Program-made: the position numbers and the translations under genes
Notes under the pieces: generated by a model
The model's database searches: none
Told to the model about the DNA's origin: nothing
Seen by the model: the letters and a program-made list of their open reading frames with translations, nothing else
Shown here: one piece after another, positions 25,420 through 41,400 of the stretch
How positions within the stretch are numbered: the first letter of the stretch is position 1
Layout: each line of letters begins with the position of its first letter
Origin: Eledone cirrhosa
Lineage: Eukaryota
Length of the DNA stretch: 64,000 bases
Assembly (NCBI GenBank): GCA_964016885.1
Contig: OZ024744.1
Location: forward strand, 13,764,001 to 13,828,000
Direction of reading: 5' to 3'

Positions 25420-28400
25420 GAATGTCTCAGTAGATTAGAGTGTCATTCGAGTTAAAGCTACTCTCGAAATTGAGAGATCACAACTCCCATACTATTGACA
25501 TGTGGGTAGAATGTCTCAGTAGATTAGAGAGTCACTCCAGTTAAAGCCACTAATTCTCTAAATTGAGAGATCACAACTCCCATACTATGGACATGTGGTT
25601 AGAATGTCTCAGTAGATCAGAGAGTCACTCCAGTTAAAGCTACTCTCTAAATTGAGAGATTACAACTCCAATACTATGGACATGGGGTTTGAAAGTCTCA
25701 GTAGATCAGAGTGTCACTCCAGTTAAAGCTACTCTCTAAATTGAGAGTTTAAAACTCCAATACTATGGACATGTGGTTAGAATGTCTCAGTAGATTAGAG
25801 AGTCACTCCAGTTAAAGCCACTCTCTAAATTGAGAGATCACAACTCAAATACTATGGACATGTGATTAGAATGTCTCAGTAGATTAGAGAGTCACTCCAG
25901 TTAAAGCCACTCTCTAAATTGAGAGATCACAACTCCAATACTATGGACATGTGGTTAGAAATTCTCAGTAGGTCAGAGTGTCACTCCAGTTAAAGCTAAT
26001 CTCTAAATTGAGAGATCACAACTCCAATACTATGGACATGGGGTTTGAATGTCTCAGTAGATCAGAGTGTCACTCCAGTTAAAGCTACTCTCTAAATCGA
26101 GAGATCACAACTCCAATACTATGGACATGGGGTTTGAATGTCTCAGTAGATCGGAGAGTCACTTCAGTTAAAGCTACTCTCTAAATTGTGAGATCACAAC
26201 TCCAATACTATGGACATGGGGTTTGAAAGTCTCAGTAGATCAGAGTGTCACTCCAGTTAAAGCTACTCTCTAAATTGAGAGATTACAACTCCAATACTAT
26301 GGACATGTGGTTAGAACGTCTCAGTAGATTAGAGAGTCACTCCAGTTAAAGCCACTCTCTAAATTGAGATATCACAACTCCAATACTATGGACATGTGGT
26401 TAGAATGTCTCAGTAGATCAGAGTGTCACTCCAGTTAAAGCGACTCTCTAAATTGTGAGATCATAACTTCCATACTATGGACATGTGGTTAGAATGTCTC
26501 AGTAGATCAGAGAGTCACTCCAGTTAAAGCCACTCTCTAAATTGAGAGAGCACAACTCCAATACTATGGACATGTGGTTAGAATGTCTCAGTAGATCAGA
26601 GAGTCACTCCAGTTAAAGCTACTCTCTAAATTGAGAGATCACAACTCCCATACTATGGACATGTGGTTAGAATGTCTCAGTAGATCAGAGAGTCACTCCA
26701 GTTAAAGCTACTCTCTAAATTGAGAGATCACAACTCCTATACTATGAACATGGGGTTAGAATGTCTCAGTAGATCAGAGAATCACTCCAGTTAAAGCTAC
26801 TCTCTAAATTGAGAGATCACAACTCCTATACTATGGACATGGGGTTAGAATGTCTCAGTAGATCAGAGTGTCACTCCAGTTAAAGCCACTCTCTAAATTG
26901 AGAGATCACAACTCCCAAACTATGGACATGTCGTTAGAATGTCTCAGTAGATCAGTGAGTCACTCCAGTTAAAGCCACTCTCTAAATAGAGAGATCACAA
27001 CTCCAATACTATGGACATGGGGTTTGAATGTCTCAGTAGATTAGAGTGTCACTCCAGTTAAAGCTACTCTCTAAATTGAGAGATCACAACTCCAATACTA
27101 TGGACATGGTGTTTGAATGTCTCAGTAGATCAGAGAGTCACTCCAGTTAAAGCCACTCTCTAAATTGAGAGATCACAACTCCAATACTATGGTCATGTGG
27201 TTAGAATGCCTCAGTAGATCAGAGAGTCACTCCAGTTAAAGCCACTCTCTAAATTGAGAGGTCACAACTCCAATACTATGGACATGGGGTTTGAATGTCT
27301 CAGTACATCAGAGTGTCACTCCAGTTAAAGTTACTCTCTAAATTGAGAGATCACAACTCCAATACTATGGACATGGGGTTTGAATGTCTCAGTAGATCAG
27401 AGAATCACTCCAGTTAAAGCTACTCTCTAAATTGAGATATCACAACTCCAATACTATGGACATGGGATTTGAAAGTCTCAGTAGATCAGAGTGTCACTCC
27501 AGTTAAAGCTACTCTCTAAATTGAGAGATTACAACTCCAATACTATGGACATGGGGTTTGAATGTCTCAGTAGATCAGAGAGTCACTCCAGTTAAAGCTA
27601 CTCTCTAAATTGAGAGATCACAACTCCAATACTATGGACATGGGGTTTGAAAGTCTCAGTAGATCAGAGTGTCACTCCAGTTAAAGCTATTCTCTAAATT
27701 GAGAGATCACAACTCCAATACTATGGACACGTGATTAGAATGTCTCAGTAGATTAGAGAGTCACTCCAGTTAAAGCCACTCTCTGAATTGAGAGATCACA
27801 ACTACAATACTATGGACATGTGGTTAGAAAGTCTCAGTAGATCAGAGTGTCACTCCAGTTAAAGCTAATCTCTAAATTGAGAGATCACAACTCCAATACT
27901 ATGGACATGGGGTTTGAATGTCTCAGTAGATCAGAGTGTCACTCCAGTTAAAGCTACTCTCTAAATTGAGAGATCACAACTCCAATACTATGAACATGGG
28001 GTTTGAACGTCTCAGTAGATCAGAGAGTCACTTCAGTTAAAGCTACTCTCTAAATTGAGAGATCACAACTTGAATACTATGGACATGGGGTTTGAATGTC
28101 TCAGTACATCAGAGTGTCACTCCAGTTAAAGTTACTCTCTAAATTGAGAGATCACAACTCCCTAACTATGGACATGGGGTTTGAATGTCTCAGTAGATCA
28201 GAGAGTCATTCCAGTTAAAGCCTCTCTCTAAATTGAGAGATCACAACTCCCATAATATGGACGTGTGGTTAGAATGTCTCAGTAGATCAGAGAATCACTC
28301 CAGTTAAAGCTACTCTCTAAATTGAGAGATCACAACTCCCTAACTATGGACATGTGGTTAGAATGTCTCAGTAGATCAGAGAGTCACTCCAGTTAAAGCC

Positions 28401-31400
28401 ACTCTCTAAATTGAGAGATCACAACTCCCATACTCTGGACGTGTGGTTAGAATGTCTCAGTACATCAGAGAATCACTCCAGTTAAAACTACTCTCTAAAT
28501 TGAGAGATCACAACTCCCATACTATGGACATGTGGTTAGAATGTCTCAGTAGATCAGAGAGTCACTCCATTTAAAGCCACTCTCTAAATTGAGAGATCAC
28601 AACTCCCATACTATGGACATGTGGTTAGAATGTCTCAGTAGATCAGAGAGTCACTCCAGTTAAAGCTACTCTCTAAATTGAGAGATCACAACTCCTATAC
28701 TATGAACATGGGGTTAGAATGTCTCAGTAGATCAGAGTGTCACTCCAGTTAAAGCTAATCTCTAAATTGAGAGATCACAACTCCAATACTATGGACATGG
28801 GGTTTGAATGTCTCAGTAGATCAGAGTGTCACTCCAGTTAAAGCTACTCTCTAAATTGAGAGATCACAACTCCAATACTATGAACATGGGGTTTGAACGT
28901 CTCAGTAGATCAGAGAGTCACTTCAGTTAAAGCTACTCTCTAAATTGAGAGATCACAACTTGAATACTATGGACATGGGGTTTGAATGTCTCAGTACATC
29001 AGAGTGTCACTCCAGTTAAAGTTACTCTCTAAATTGAGAGATCACAACTCCCATACTCTGGACGTGTGGTTAGAATGTCTCAGTACATCAGAGAATCACT
29101 CCAGTTAAAACTACTCTCTAAATTGAGAGATCACAACTCCCATAATATGGACGTGTGGTTAGAATGTCTCAGTAGATCAGAGAATCACTCCAGTTAAAGC
29201 TACTCTCTAAATTGAGAGATCACAACTCCAATACTATGGACATGTGGTTAGAATGTCTCAGTAGATCAGAGAGTCATTCCAGTTAAAGCCACTCTCTAAA
29301 TTGAGAGATCACAACTCCCGTACTATGGACGTGTGGTTAGAATGTCTCAGTAGATCAGAGAATCACTCCAGTTAAAGCTACTCTCTAAATTGAGAGATCA
29401 CATCTCCCATACTATGGACATGTGGTTAGAATGTCTCAGTAGATCAGAGAGTCACTCTTGTTAAAGCTACTCTCTAAATTGAGAGATCACAACTCCTATA
29501 CTATGGACATGGGGTTTGAAAGTCTCAGTAGATTAGAGTGTCACTCCAGTTAAAAGCTACTCTCTAAATTGAGAGATCACAACTCCAATACTATGGACAT
29601 GGGGTTTGAATGTCTCAGTAGATCAGAGTGTCACTCCAGTTAAAGCTACTCTCTAAATTGAGAGATCACAACTCCAATACTATGGACATGGGGTTTGAAA
29701 GTCTCAGTAGATCAGAGAGTCATTCCAGTTAAAGCCACTCTCTAAATTGAGAGATCACAACTCCCGTACTATGGACGTGTGGTTAGAATGTCTCAGTAGA
29801 TCAGAGAGTCGCTCAAGTTAAAGCCACTCTCTAAATTGAGAGATCACAACTCCAATACTATGGACATGGGGTTTGAAAGTCTCAGTAGATTAGAGTGTCA
29901 CTCCAGTTAAAAGCTACTCTCTAAATTGAGAGATCACAACTCCAATACTATGGACATGGGGTTTGAATGTCTCAGTAGATCAGAGTGTCACTCCAGTTAA
30001 AGCTACTCTCTAAATTGAGAGATCACAACTCCAATACTATGGACACGTGATTAGAATGTCTCAGTAGATTAGAGAGTCACTCCAGTTAAAGCCACTCTCT
30101 GAATTGAGAGATCACAACTACAATACTATGGACATGTGGTTAGAAAGTCTCAGTAGATCAGAGTGTCACTCCAGTTAAAGCTAATCTCTAAATTGAGAGA
30201 TCACAACTCAAATACTATGGACATGGGGTTTGAATGTCTCAGTAGATCAGAGAGTCACTCCAGTTAAAGCTACTCTCTAAATTGAGAGATCACAACTCCA
30301 ATACTATGGACATGGGGTTTGAAAGTCTCAGTAGATCAGAGTGTCACTCCAGTTAAAGTTACTCTCTAAATTGAGAGATCACAACTCCAATACTATGGAC
30401 ATGGGGTTTGAATGTCTCAGTAGATCAGAGAATCACTCCAGTTAAAGCTACTCTCTAAATTGAGATATCACATCTCCAATACTATGGACATGGGATTTGA
30501 AAGTCTCAGTAGATCAGAGTGTCACTCCAGTTAAAGCTACTCACTAAATTGAGAGATTACAACTCCAATACTATGGACATGGGGTTTGAATGTCTCAGTA
30601 GATCAGAGAGTCACTCCAGTTAAAGCTACTCTCTAAATTGAGAGATCACAACTCCAATACTATGGACATGGGGTTTGAAAGTCTCAGTAGATCAGAGTGT
30701 CACTCCAGTTAAAGCTACTCTCTAACTTGAGAGATTACAACTCCAATACTATGGAAATGGGGTTTGAAAGTCTCAGTAGATCAGAGTGTCACTCCAGTTA
30801 AAGCTACTCTCTAAATTGAGAGATTACAACTCCAATACTATGGACATGTGGTTAGAATGTCTCAGTAGATTAGAGAGTCACTCCAGTTAAAGCCACTCTC
30901 TAAATTGAGAGATCACAACTCCAATACTATGGACATGTGATTAGAATGTCTCAGTAGATTAGAGAGTCACTCCAGTTAAAGCCACTCTCTAAATTGAGAG
31001 ATCACAACTCCAATACTATGGACATGTGGTTAGAAAGTCTCAGTAGATCAGAGTGTCACTCCAGTTAAAGCTAATCTCTAAATTGAGAGATCACAACTCC
31101 AATACTATGGACATGGGGTTTGAATGTCTCAGTAGATCAGAGTGTCACTCCAGTTCAAGCTACTCTCTAAATTGAGAGATCACAACTCCAATACTATGGA
31201 CATGGGGTTTGAATGTCTCAGTAGATCAGAGAGTCACTTCAGTTAAAGCTACTCTCTAACTTGAGAGATCACAACTCCAATACTATGGACATGTGGTTAG
31301 AATGTCTCAGTAGATTAGAGAGTCACTCCAGTTAAAGCCACTCTCTAAATTGAGAGATCATAACTTCCATACTATGGACATGTGGTTAGAATGTCTCAGT

Positions 31401-34400
31401 AGATCAAAGAGTCACTCCAGTTAAAGCCACTCTCTAAATTGAGAGATCACAACTCCAATACTATGGACATGTGGTTAGAATGTCTCAGTAGATCAGAGTG
31501 TCACTCCAGTTAAAGCGACTCTCTAAATTGTGAGATCACAACTCCAATACTATGGACATGTGGTTAGAATGTCTCAGTAGATTAGAGTGTCATTCGAGTT
31601 AAAGCTACTCTCGAAATTGAGAGATCACAACTCCCATACTATTGACATGTGGGTAGAATGTCTCAGTAGATCAGAGAGTCACTCCAGTTAAAGCCACTAA
31701 TTCTCTAAATTGAGAGATCACAACTCCCATACTATGGACATGTGGTTAGAATGTCTCAGTAGATCAGAGAGTCACTCCAGTTAAAGCTACTCTCTAAATT
31801 GAGAGATCACAACTCCAATACTATGGACATGGGGTTTGAAAGTCTCAGTAGATCAGAGTTTCACTCCAGTTAAAGCTACTCTCTAAATTGAGAGATTACA
31901 ACTCCAATACTATGGACATGGGGTTTGAAAGTCTCAGTAGATCAGAGTGTCACTCCAGTTAAAGCTACTCTCTAAATTGAGAGTTTAAAACTCCAATACT
32001 ATGGACATGTGGTTAGAATGTCTCAGTAGATTAGAGAGTCACTCCAGTTAAAGCCACTCTCTAAATTGAGAGATCACAACTCAAATACTATGGACATGTG
32101 ATTAGAATGTCTCAGTAGATTAGAGAGTCACTCCAGTTAAAGCCACTCTCTAAATTGAGAGATCACAACTCCAATACTATGGACATGTGGTTAGAAATTC
32201 TCAGTAGGTCAGAGTGTCACTCCAGTTAAAGCTAATCTCTAAATTGAGAGATCACAACTCCAATACTATGGACATGGGGTTTGAATGTCTCAGTAGATCA
32301 GAGTGTCACTCCAGTTAAAGCTACTCTCTAAATCGAGAGATCACAACTCCAATACTATGGACATGGGGTTTGAATGTCTCAGTAGATCGGAGAGTCACTT
32401 CAGTTAAAGCTACTCTCTAAATTGAGAGATCACAACTCCAATACTATGGACATGGGGTTTGAAAGTCTCAGTAGATCAGAGTGTCACTCCAGTTAAAGCT
32501 ACTCTCTAAATTGAGAGATTACAACTCCAATACTATGGACATGTGGTTAGAACGTCTCAGTAGATTAGAGAGTCACTCCAGTTAAAGCCACTCTCTAAAT
32601 TGAGAGATCACAACTCCAATACTATGGACATGTGGTTAGAATGTCTCAGTAGATCAGAGTGTCACTCCAGTTAAAGCGACTCTCTAAATTGTGAGATCAT
32701 AACTTCCATACTATGGACATGTGGTTAGAATGTCTCAGTAGATCAGAGAGTCACTCCAGTTAAAGCCACTCTCTAAATTGAGAGAGCACAACTCCAATAC
32801 TATGGACATGTGGTTAGAATGTCTCAGTAGATCAGAGAGTCACTCCAGTTAAAGCCACTCTCTAAATTGAGAGATCACAACTCGAATACTATGGACATGG
32901 GGTTTGAATGTCTCAGTACATCAGAGTGTCACTCCAGTTAAAGCTACTCTCTAAATTGAGAGATCACAACTCCAATACTATGGACATGGGGTTTAAATGT
33001 CTCAGTAGATCAGAGAGTCACTCCAGTTAAAGCCACTCTCTAAATTGAGAGATCACAACTCCAATACTATGGACATGTGTTTAGAATGTCTCAGTAGATC
33101 AGAGTGTCACTCCAGTTAAAGCTACTCTCTAAATTGAGAGATTACAACTCCAATACTATGGACATGGGGTTTGAATGTCTCAGTAGATCAGAGAGTCACT
33201 CCAGTTAAAGCTACTCTCTAAATTGAGAGATCACAACTCCCATACTATGGACATGGGGTTAGAATGTCTCAGTAGATCAGAGAGTCATTCCAGTTAAAGC
33301 CACTCTCTAAATTGAGAGATCACAACTCCCATACTATGGACGTGTGGTTAGAATGTCTCAGTAGATCAGAGAATCACTCCAGTTAAAGCTACTCTCTAAA
33401 TTGAGAGATCACAACTCCCTAACTATGGACATGTGGTTAGAATGTCTCAGTAGATCAGAGAGTCACTCCAGTTAAAGTCACTCTCTAAATTGAGAGATCA
33501 CAACTCCCATACTCTGGACGTGTGGTTAGAATGTCTCAGTACATCAGAGAATCACTCCAGTTAAAACTACTCTCTAAATTGAGAGATCACAACTCCCATA
33601 CTATGGGCATGTGGTTAGAATGTCTTAGTAGATCAGAGAGTCACTCCAGTTAAAGCTACTCTCTAAATTGAGAGATCACAACTCCCATACTATGGACATG
33701 TGGTTAGAATGTCTCAGTAGATCAGAGAGTCACTCCAGTTAAAGCTACTCTCTAAATTGAGAGATCACAACTCCCATACTATGGACATGTGGTTAGAATG
33801 TCTCAGTAGATCAGAGAGTCACTCCAGTTAAAGCTACTCTCTAAACTGAGAGATCACAACTCCTATACTATGAACATGGGGTTAGAATGTCTCAGTAGAT
33901 CAGAGAATCACTCCAGTTAAAGCTACTCTCTAAATTGAGAGATCACAACTCCTATACTATGGACATGGGGTTAGAATGTCTCAGTAGATCAGAGTGTCAC
34001 TCCAGTTAAAGCCACTCTCTAAATTGAGAGATCACAACTCCCAAACTATGGACATGTCGTTAGAATGTCTCAGTAGATCAGTGAGTCACTCCAGTTAAAG
34101 CCACTCTCTAAATAGAGAGATCACAACTCCAATACTATGGACATGGGGTTTGAATGTCTCAGTAGATTAGAGTGTCACTCCAGTTAAAGCTACTCTCTAA
34201 ATTGAGAGATCACAACTCCAATACTATGGACATGGGGTTTGAATGTCTCAGTAGATCAGAGAGTCACTCCAGTTAAAGCCACTCTCTAAATTGAGAGATC
34301 ACAACTCCAATACTATGGTCATGTGGTTAGAATGCCTCAGTAGATCAGAGAGTCACTCCAGTTAAAGCCACTCTCTAAATTGAGAGGTCACAACTCCAAT

Positions 34401-37400
34401 ACTATGGACATGGGGTTTGAATGTCTCAGTACATCAGAGTGTCACTCCAGTTAAAGTTACTCTCTAAATTGAGAGATCACAACTCCAATACTATGGACAT
34501 GGGGTTTGAATGTCTCAGTAGATCAGAGAATCACTCCAGTTAAAGCTACTCTCTAAATTGAGATATCACAACTCCAATACTATGGACATGGGATTTGAAA
34601 GTCTCAGTAGATCAGAGTGTCACTCCAGTTAAAGCTACTCTCTAAATTGAGAGATTACAACTCCAATACTATGGATATGGGGTTTGAATGTCTCAGTAGA
34701 TCAGAGAGTCACTCCAGTTAAAGCTACTCTCTAAATTGAGAGATCACAACTCCAATACTATGGACATGGGGTTTGAAAGTCTCAGTAGATCAGAGTGTCA
34801 CTCCAGTTAAAGCTATTCTCTAAATTGAGAGATCACAACTCCAATACTATGGACACGTGATTAGAATGTCTCAGTAGATTAGAGAGTCACTCCAGTTAAA
34901 GCCACTCTCTGAATTGAGAGATCACAACTACAATACTATGGACATGTGGTTAGAAAGTCTCAGTAGATCAGAGTGTCACTCCAGTTAAAGCTAATCTCTA
35001 AATTGAGAGATCACAACTCCAATACTATGGACATGGGGTTTGAATGTCTCAGTAGATCAGAGTGTCACTCCAGTTAAAGCTACTCTCTAAATTGAGAGAT
35101 CACAACTCCAATACTATGGACATGGGGTTTGAACGTCTCAGTAGATCAGAGAGTCACTTCAGTTAAAGCTACTCTCTAAATTGAGAGATCACAACTCCAA
35201 TACTATGGACATGGGGTTTGAAAGTCTCAGTAGATCAGAGTGTCACTCCAGTTAAAGCTACTCTCTAAATTGAGAGATTACAACTCCAATACTATGGACA
35301 TGTGGTTAGAAAGTCTCAGTAGATTAGAGAGTCACTCCAGTTAAAGCCACTCTCTAAATTGAGAGATCATAACTTCCATACTATGGACATGTGGTTAGAA
35401 TGTCTCAGTAGATCAGAGAGTCACTCCAGATAAAGCCACTCTCTAAATTGAGAGATCACAACTCCAATACTATGGACATGTGGTTAGAATGTCTCAGTAG
35501 ATCAGAGAGTCACTCCAGTTAAAGCCACTCTCTAAATTGAGAGATCACAACTTGAATACTATGGACATGGGGTTTGAATGTCTCAGTACATCAGAGTGTC
35601 ACTCCAGTTAAAGTTACTCTCTAAATTGAGAGATCACAACTCCAATACTATGGACATGGGGTTTGAATGTCTCAGAAGATCAGAGAGTCACTCCAGTTAA
35701 AGCCACTCTCTAAATTGAGAGATCACAACTCCAATACTATGGACATGTGGTTAGAATGTCTCAGTAGATCAGAGTGTCACTCCAGTTAAAGCTACTCTCT
35801 AAATTGAGAGATTACAACTCCAATACTATGGACATGGGGTTTGAATGTCTCAGTAGATCAGAGAGTCACTCCAGTTAAAGCTACTCTCTAAATTGAGAGA
35901 TCACAACTCCCATACTATGGACATGTGGTTAGAATGTCTCAGTAGATCAGAGAGTCATTCCAGTTAAAGCCTCTCTCTAAATTGAGAGATCACAACTCCC
36001 ATAATATGGACGTGTGGTTAGAATGTCTCAGTAGATCAGAGAATCACTCCAGTTAAAGCTACTCTCTAAATTGAGAGATCACAACTCCCTAACTATGGAC
36101 ATGTGGTTAGAATGTCTCAGTAGATCAGAGAGTCACTCCAGTTAAAGCCACTCTCTAAATTGAGAGATCACAACTCCCATACTCTGGACGTGTGGTTAGA
36201 ATGTCTCAGTACATCAGAGAATCACTCCAGTTAAAACTACTCTCTAAATTGAGAGATCACAACTCCCATACTATGGACATGTGGTTAGAATGTCTCAGTA
36301 GATCAGAGAGTCACTGCATTTAAAGCCACTCTCTAAATTGAGAGATCACAACTCCCATACTATGGACATGTGGTTAGAATGTCTCAGTAGATCAGAGAGT
36401 CACTCCAGTTAAAGCTACTCTCTAAATTGAGAGATCACAACTCCTATACTATGAACATGGGGTTAGAATGTCTCAGTAGATCAGAGTGTCACTCCAGTTA
36501 AAGCCACTCTCTAAATTGAGAGATCACAACTCCCATACTATGGACATGTGGTTAGAATGTCTCAGTAGATCAGAGAGTCACTCTTGTTAAAGCTACTCTC
36601 TAAATTGAGAGATCACAACTCCTATACTATGGACATGGGGTTAGAATGTCTCAGTAGATCAGAGTGTCACTCCAGTTAAAGCCACTCTCTAAATTGAGAG
36701 ATCACAACTCCAATACTATGGACATGGGGTTTGAAAGTCTCAGTAGATTAGAGTGTCACTCCAGTTAAAAGCTACTCTCTAAATTGAGAGATCACAACTC
36801 CAATACTATGGACATGGGGTTTGAATGTCTCAGTAGATCAGAGTGTCACTCCAGTTAAAGCTACTCTCTAAATTGAGAGATCACAACTCCAATACTATGG
36901 ACATGGGGTTTGAAAGTCTCAGTAGATCAGAGAGTCATTCCAGTTAAAGCCACTCTCTAAATTGAGAGATCACAACTCCCGTACTATGGACGTGTGGTTA
37001 GAATGTCTCAGTAGATCAGAGAGTCGCTCAAGTTAAAGCCACTCTCTAAATTGAGAGATCACAACTCCCATACTATGGACATTTGGTTAGAATGTCTCAG
37101 TAGATCAGAGATGTCACTCCAGTTAAAGCCACTATCTAAATTGACAGATCACAACTTCCATAATATGGACATGTGGTTAGAATGTCTCAGTAGATTAGAG
37201 AGTCACTCCAGTTAAAGCTACTCTCTAAATTGAGAGATCACAACTCCAATACTATGGACATGGGGTTTGAGTGTCTCAGTAGATCAGAGTGTCACTCCAG
37301 TTAAATATACTCTCTAAATTGAGAGATTACAACTCCGATACTATGGTCATGTGGTTAGAATGTCTCAGTAGATCAGAGAGTGACTCCAGTTAAAGTTACT

Positions 37401-38450
37401 CTCTAAATTGAGAGATCACAACTCAAATACTATGGACATGGGGTTTGAATGTCTCAGTAGATCAGAGAATCACTCCAGTTAAAGCTAATCTCTAAATTGA
37501 GATATCACATCTCCAATACTATGGACATGGGATTTGAAAGTCTCAGTAGATCAGAGTGTCACTCCAGTTAAAGCTACTCACTAAATTGAGAGATTACAAC
37601 TCCAATACTATGGACATGGGGTTTGAATGTCTCAGTAGATCAGAGAGTCACTCCAGTTAAAGCTACTCTCTAAATTGAGAGATCACAACTCCAATACTAT
37701 GGACATGGGGTTTGAAAGTCTCAGTAGATCAGAGTGTCACTCCAGTTAAAGCTACTCTCTAACTTGAGAGATTACAACTCCAATACTATGGAAATGGGGT
37801 TTGAAAGTCTCAGTAGATCAGAGTGTCACTCCAGTTAAAGCTACTCTCTAAATTGAGAGATTACAACTCCAATACTATGGACATGTGGTTAGAATGTCTC
37901 AGTAGATTAGAGAGTCACTCCAGTTAAAGCCACTCTCTAAATTGAGAGATCACAACTCCAATACTATGGACATGTGATTAGAATGTCTCAGTAGATTAGA
38001 GAGTCACTCCAGTTAAAGCCACTCTCTAAATTGAGAGATCACAACTCCAATACTATGGACATGTGGTTAGAAAGTCTCAGTAGATCAGAGTGTCACTCCA
38101 GTTAAAGCTAATCTCTAAATTGAGAGATCACAACTCCAATACTATGGACATGGGGTTTGAATGTCTCAGTAGATCAGAGTGTCACTCCAGTTCAAGCTAC
38201 TCTCTAAATTGAGAGATCACAACTCCAATACTATGGACATGGGGTTTGAATGTCTCAGTAGATCAGAGAGTCACTTCAGTTAAAGCTACTCTCTAACTTG
38301 AGAGATCATAACTCCAATACTATGGACATGTGGTTAGAATGTCTCAGTAGATTAGAGAGTCACTCCAGTTAAAGCCACTCTCTAAATTGAGAGATCATAA
38401 CTTCCATACTATGGACATGTGGTTAGAATGTCTCAGTAGATCAGAGAGTC
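25420..38450 (+). repeat. Large imperfect duplication with period ~6.2-7.1 kb (offsets 6236, 7126 and 7037 = 70, 80 and 79 monomers + 6)
   Basis: ATTCTCAGTAGGTCAG at 25961 and 32197. TGAGTCA at 26956 and 34082. GAAATGGGG at 30754 and 37791. Confidence 0.8.
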
Positions 38451-41400
38451 ACTCCAGTTAAAGCCACTCTCTAAATTGAGAGATCACAACTCCAATACTA
38501 TGGACATGTGGTTAGAATGTCTCAGTAGATCAGAGAGTCACTCCAGTTAAAGCCACTCTCTAAATTGAGAGATCACAACTCCAATACTATGGACATGTGG
38601 TTAGAATGTCTCAGTACATCAGAGTGTCACTCCAGTTAAAGCTACTCTCTAAATTGAGAAATTACAACTCCAATACTATGGACATGGGGTTTGAATGTCT
38701 CAGTAGATCAGAGAGTCACTCCAGTTAAAGCTACTCTCTAAATTGAGAGATCACAACTCCCATACTATGGACATGTGGTTAGAATGTCTCAGTAGATCAG
38801 AGAGTCATTCCAGTTAAAGCCTCTCTCTAAATTGAGAGATCACAACTCCCATACTATGGACGTGTGGATAGAATGTCTCAGTAGATCAGAGAATCACTCC
38901 AGTTAAAGCTACTCTCTAAATTGAGAGATCACAACTCCCTAACTATAGACATGTGGTTAGAATGTCTCAGTAGATCAGAGAGTCACTCCAGTTAAAGCCA
39001 CTCTCTAAATTGAGAGATCACAACACCCATACTCTGGACGTGTGGTTAGAATGTCTCAGTACATCAGAGAATCACTCCAGTTAAAACTACTCTCTAAATT
39101 GAGAGATCACAACTCCCATACTATGGACATGTGGTTAGAATGTCTCAGTAGATCAGAGAGTCACTCCAGTTAAAGCCACTCTCTAAATTGAGAGATCACA
39201 ACTCCCATACTATGGACATGTGGTTAGAATGTCTCACTAGATCAGAGAGTCACTCCAGTTAAAGCTACTCTCTAAATTGAGAGATCACAACTCCTATACT
39301 ATGAACATGGGGTTAGAATGTCTCAGTAGATCAGAGTGTCACTCCAGTTAAAGCCACTCTCTAAATTGAGAGATCACAACTCCCATACTATGGACATGTG
39401 GTTAGAATGTCTCAGTAGATCAGAGAGTCACTCCAGTTAAAGCTACTCTCTAAATTGAGAGATCACAACTCCCGTACTATGGACGTGTAGTTAGAATGTG
39501 TCAGTAGATCAGAGAATCACTCCAGTTAAAGCTACTCTCTAAATTGAGAGATCACATCTCCCATACTATGGACATGTGGTTAGAATGTCTCAATAGATCA
39601 GAGAGTCACTCTTGTTAAAGCTACTCTCTAAATTGAGAGATCACAACTCCTATACTATGGACATGGGGTTAGAATGTCTCAGTAGATCAGAGTTTCACTC
39701 CAGTTAAAGCCACTCTCTAAATTGAGAGATCACAACTCCAATACTATGGACATGTGGTTAGAATGTCTCAGTAGATCAGAGAGTCACTCCAGTTAAAGCT
39801 ACTCTCTATATTGAGAGATCACAACTCCCATACTATGGACATGTGGTTAGAATGTCTCAGTAGATTAGAGTGTCATTCCAGTTAAAGCTACTCTCTAAAT
39901 TGAGAGATCACAACTCCCATACTATTGACATGTGGGTAGAATGTCTCAGTAGATCAGAGAGTCACTCCAGTTAAAGCCACTAATTCTCTAAATTGAGAGA
40001 TCACAACTCCCATACTATGGACATGTGGTTAGAATGTCTCAGTAGATCAGAGATGTCACTCCAGTTAAAGCCACTATCTAAATTGACAGATCACAACTTC
40101 CGTACTATGGACATGTGGTTAGAATGTCTCAGTAGATCAGAGAGTCACTCCAGTTAAAGCTACTCTCTAAATTGAGAGATCACAACTCCAATACTATGGA
40201 CATGGGGTTTGAAAGTCTCAGTAGATCAGAGTGTCACTCAAGTTAAAGCTACTCTCTAAATTGAGAGATTACAACTCCAATACTATGGACCTGTGGTTAG
40301 AATGTCTCAGTAGATTAGAGAGTCACTCCAGTTAAAGCCACTCTCTAAATTGAGAGATCATAACTTCCATACTATGGACATGTGGTTAGAATGTCTCAGT
40401 AGATCAGAGAGTCACTCCAGTTAAAGCCACTCTCTAAATTGAGAGATCACAACTCCCATACTATGGACATGTGGTTAGAATGTCTCAGTAGATCAGAGAG
40501 TCACTCCAGTTAAAGCTACTCTCTAAATTGAGAGATCACAACTCCTATACTATGAACATGGGGTTAGAATGTCTCAGTAGATCAGAGAGTCACTCCAGTT
40601 AAAGCTACTCTCTAAATTGAGAGAACACAACTCCTATACTATGAACATGGGGTTAGAATGTCTCAGTAGATCAGAGTGTCACTCCAGTTAAAGCCACTCT
40701 CTAAATTGAGAGATCACAACTCCCATACTATGGACATGTGGTTAGAATGTCTCAGTAGATCAGAGAGTCACTCCAGTTAAAGCTACTCTCTAAATTGAGA
40801 GATCACAACTCCAAAACTATGGACATGTGGTTAGAATGTCTCAGTAGATCAGAGAGTCATTCCAGTTAAAGCCACTCTCTAAATTGAGAGATCACAACTC
40901 CCGTACTATGGACGTGTGGTTAGAATGTCTCAGTAGATCAGAGAATCACTCCAGTTAAAGCTACTCTCTAAATTGAGAGATCACATCTCCCATAATATCG
41001 ACATGTGGTTAGAATGTCTCAGTAGATCAGAGAGTCACTCTTGTTAAAGCTACTCTCTAAATTGAGAGATCACAACTCCTATACTATGGACATGGGGTTA
41101 GAATGTCTCAGTAGATCAGAGTGTCACTCCAGTTAAAGCCACTCTCTAAATTGAGAGATCACAACTCCAATACTATGGACATGTGGTTAGAATGTCTCAG
41201 TAGATCAGAGAGTCACTCCAGTTAAAGCTACTCTCTATATTGAGAGATCACAACTCCCATACTATGGACATGTGGTTAGAATGTCTCAGTAGATTAGAGT
41301 GTCATTCCAGTTAAAGCTACTCTCTAAATTGAGAGATCACAACTCCTATACTATTGACATGTGGGTAGAATGTCTCAGTAGATCAGAGAGTCACTCCAGT

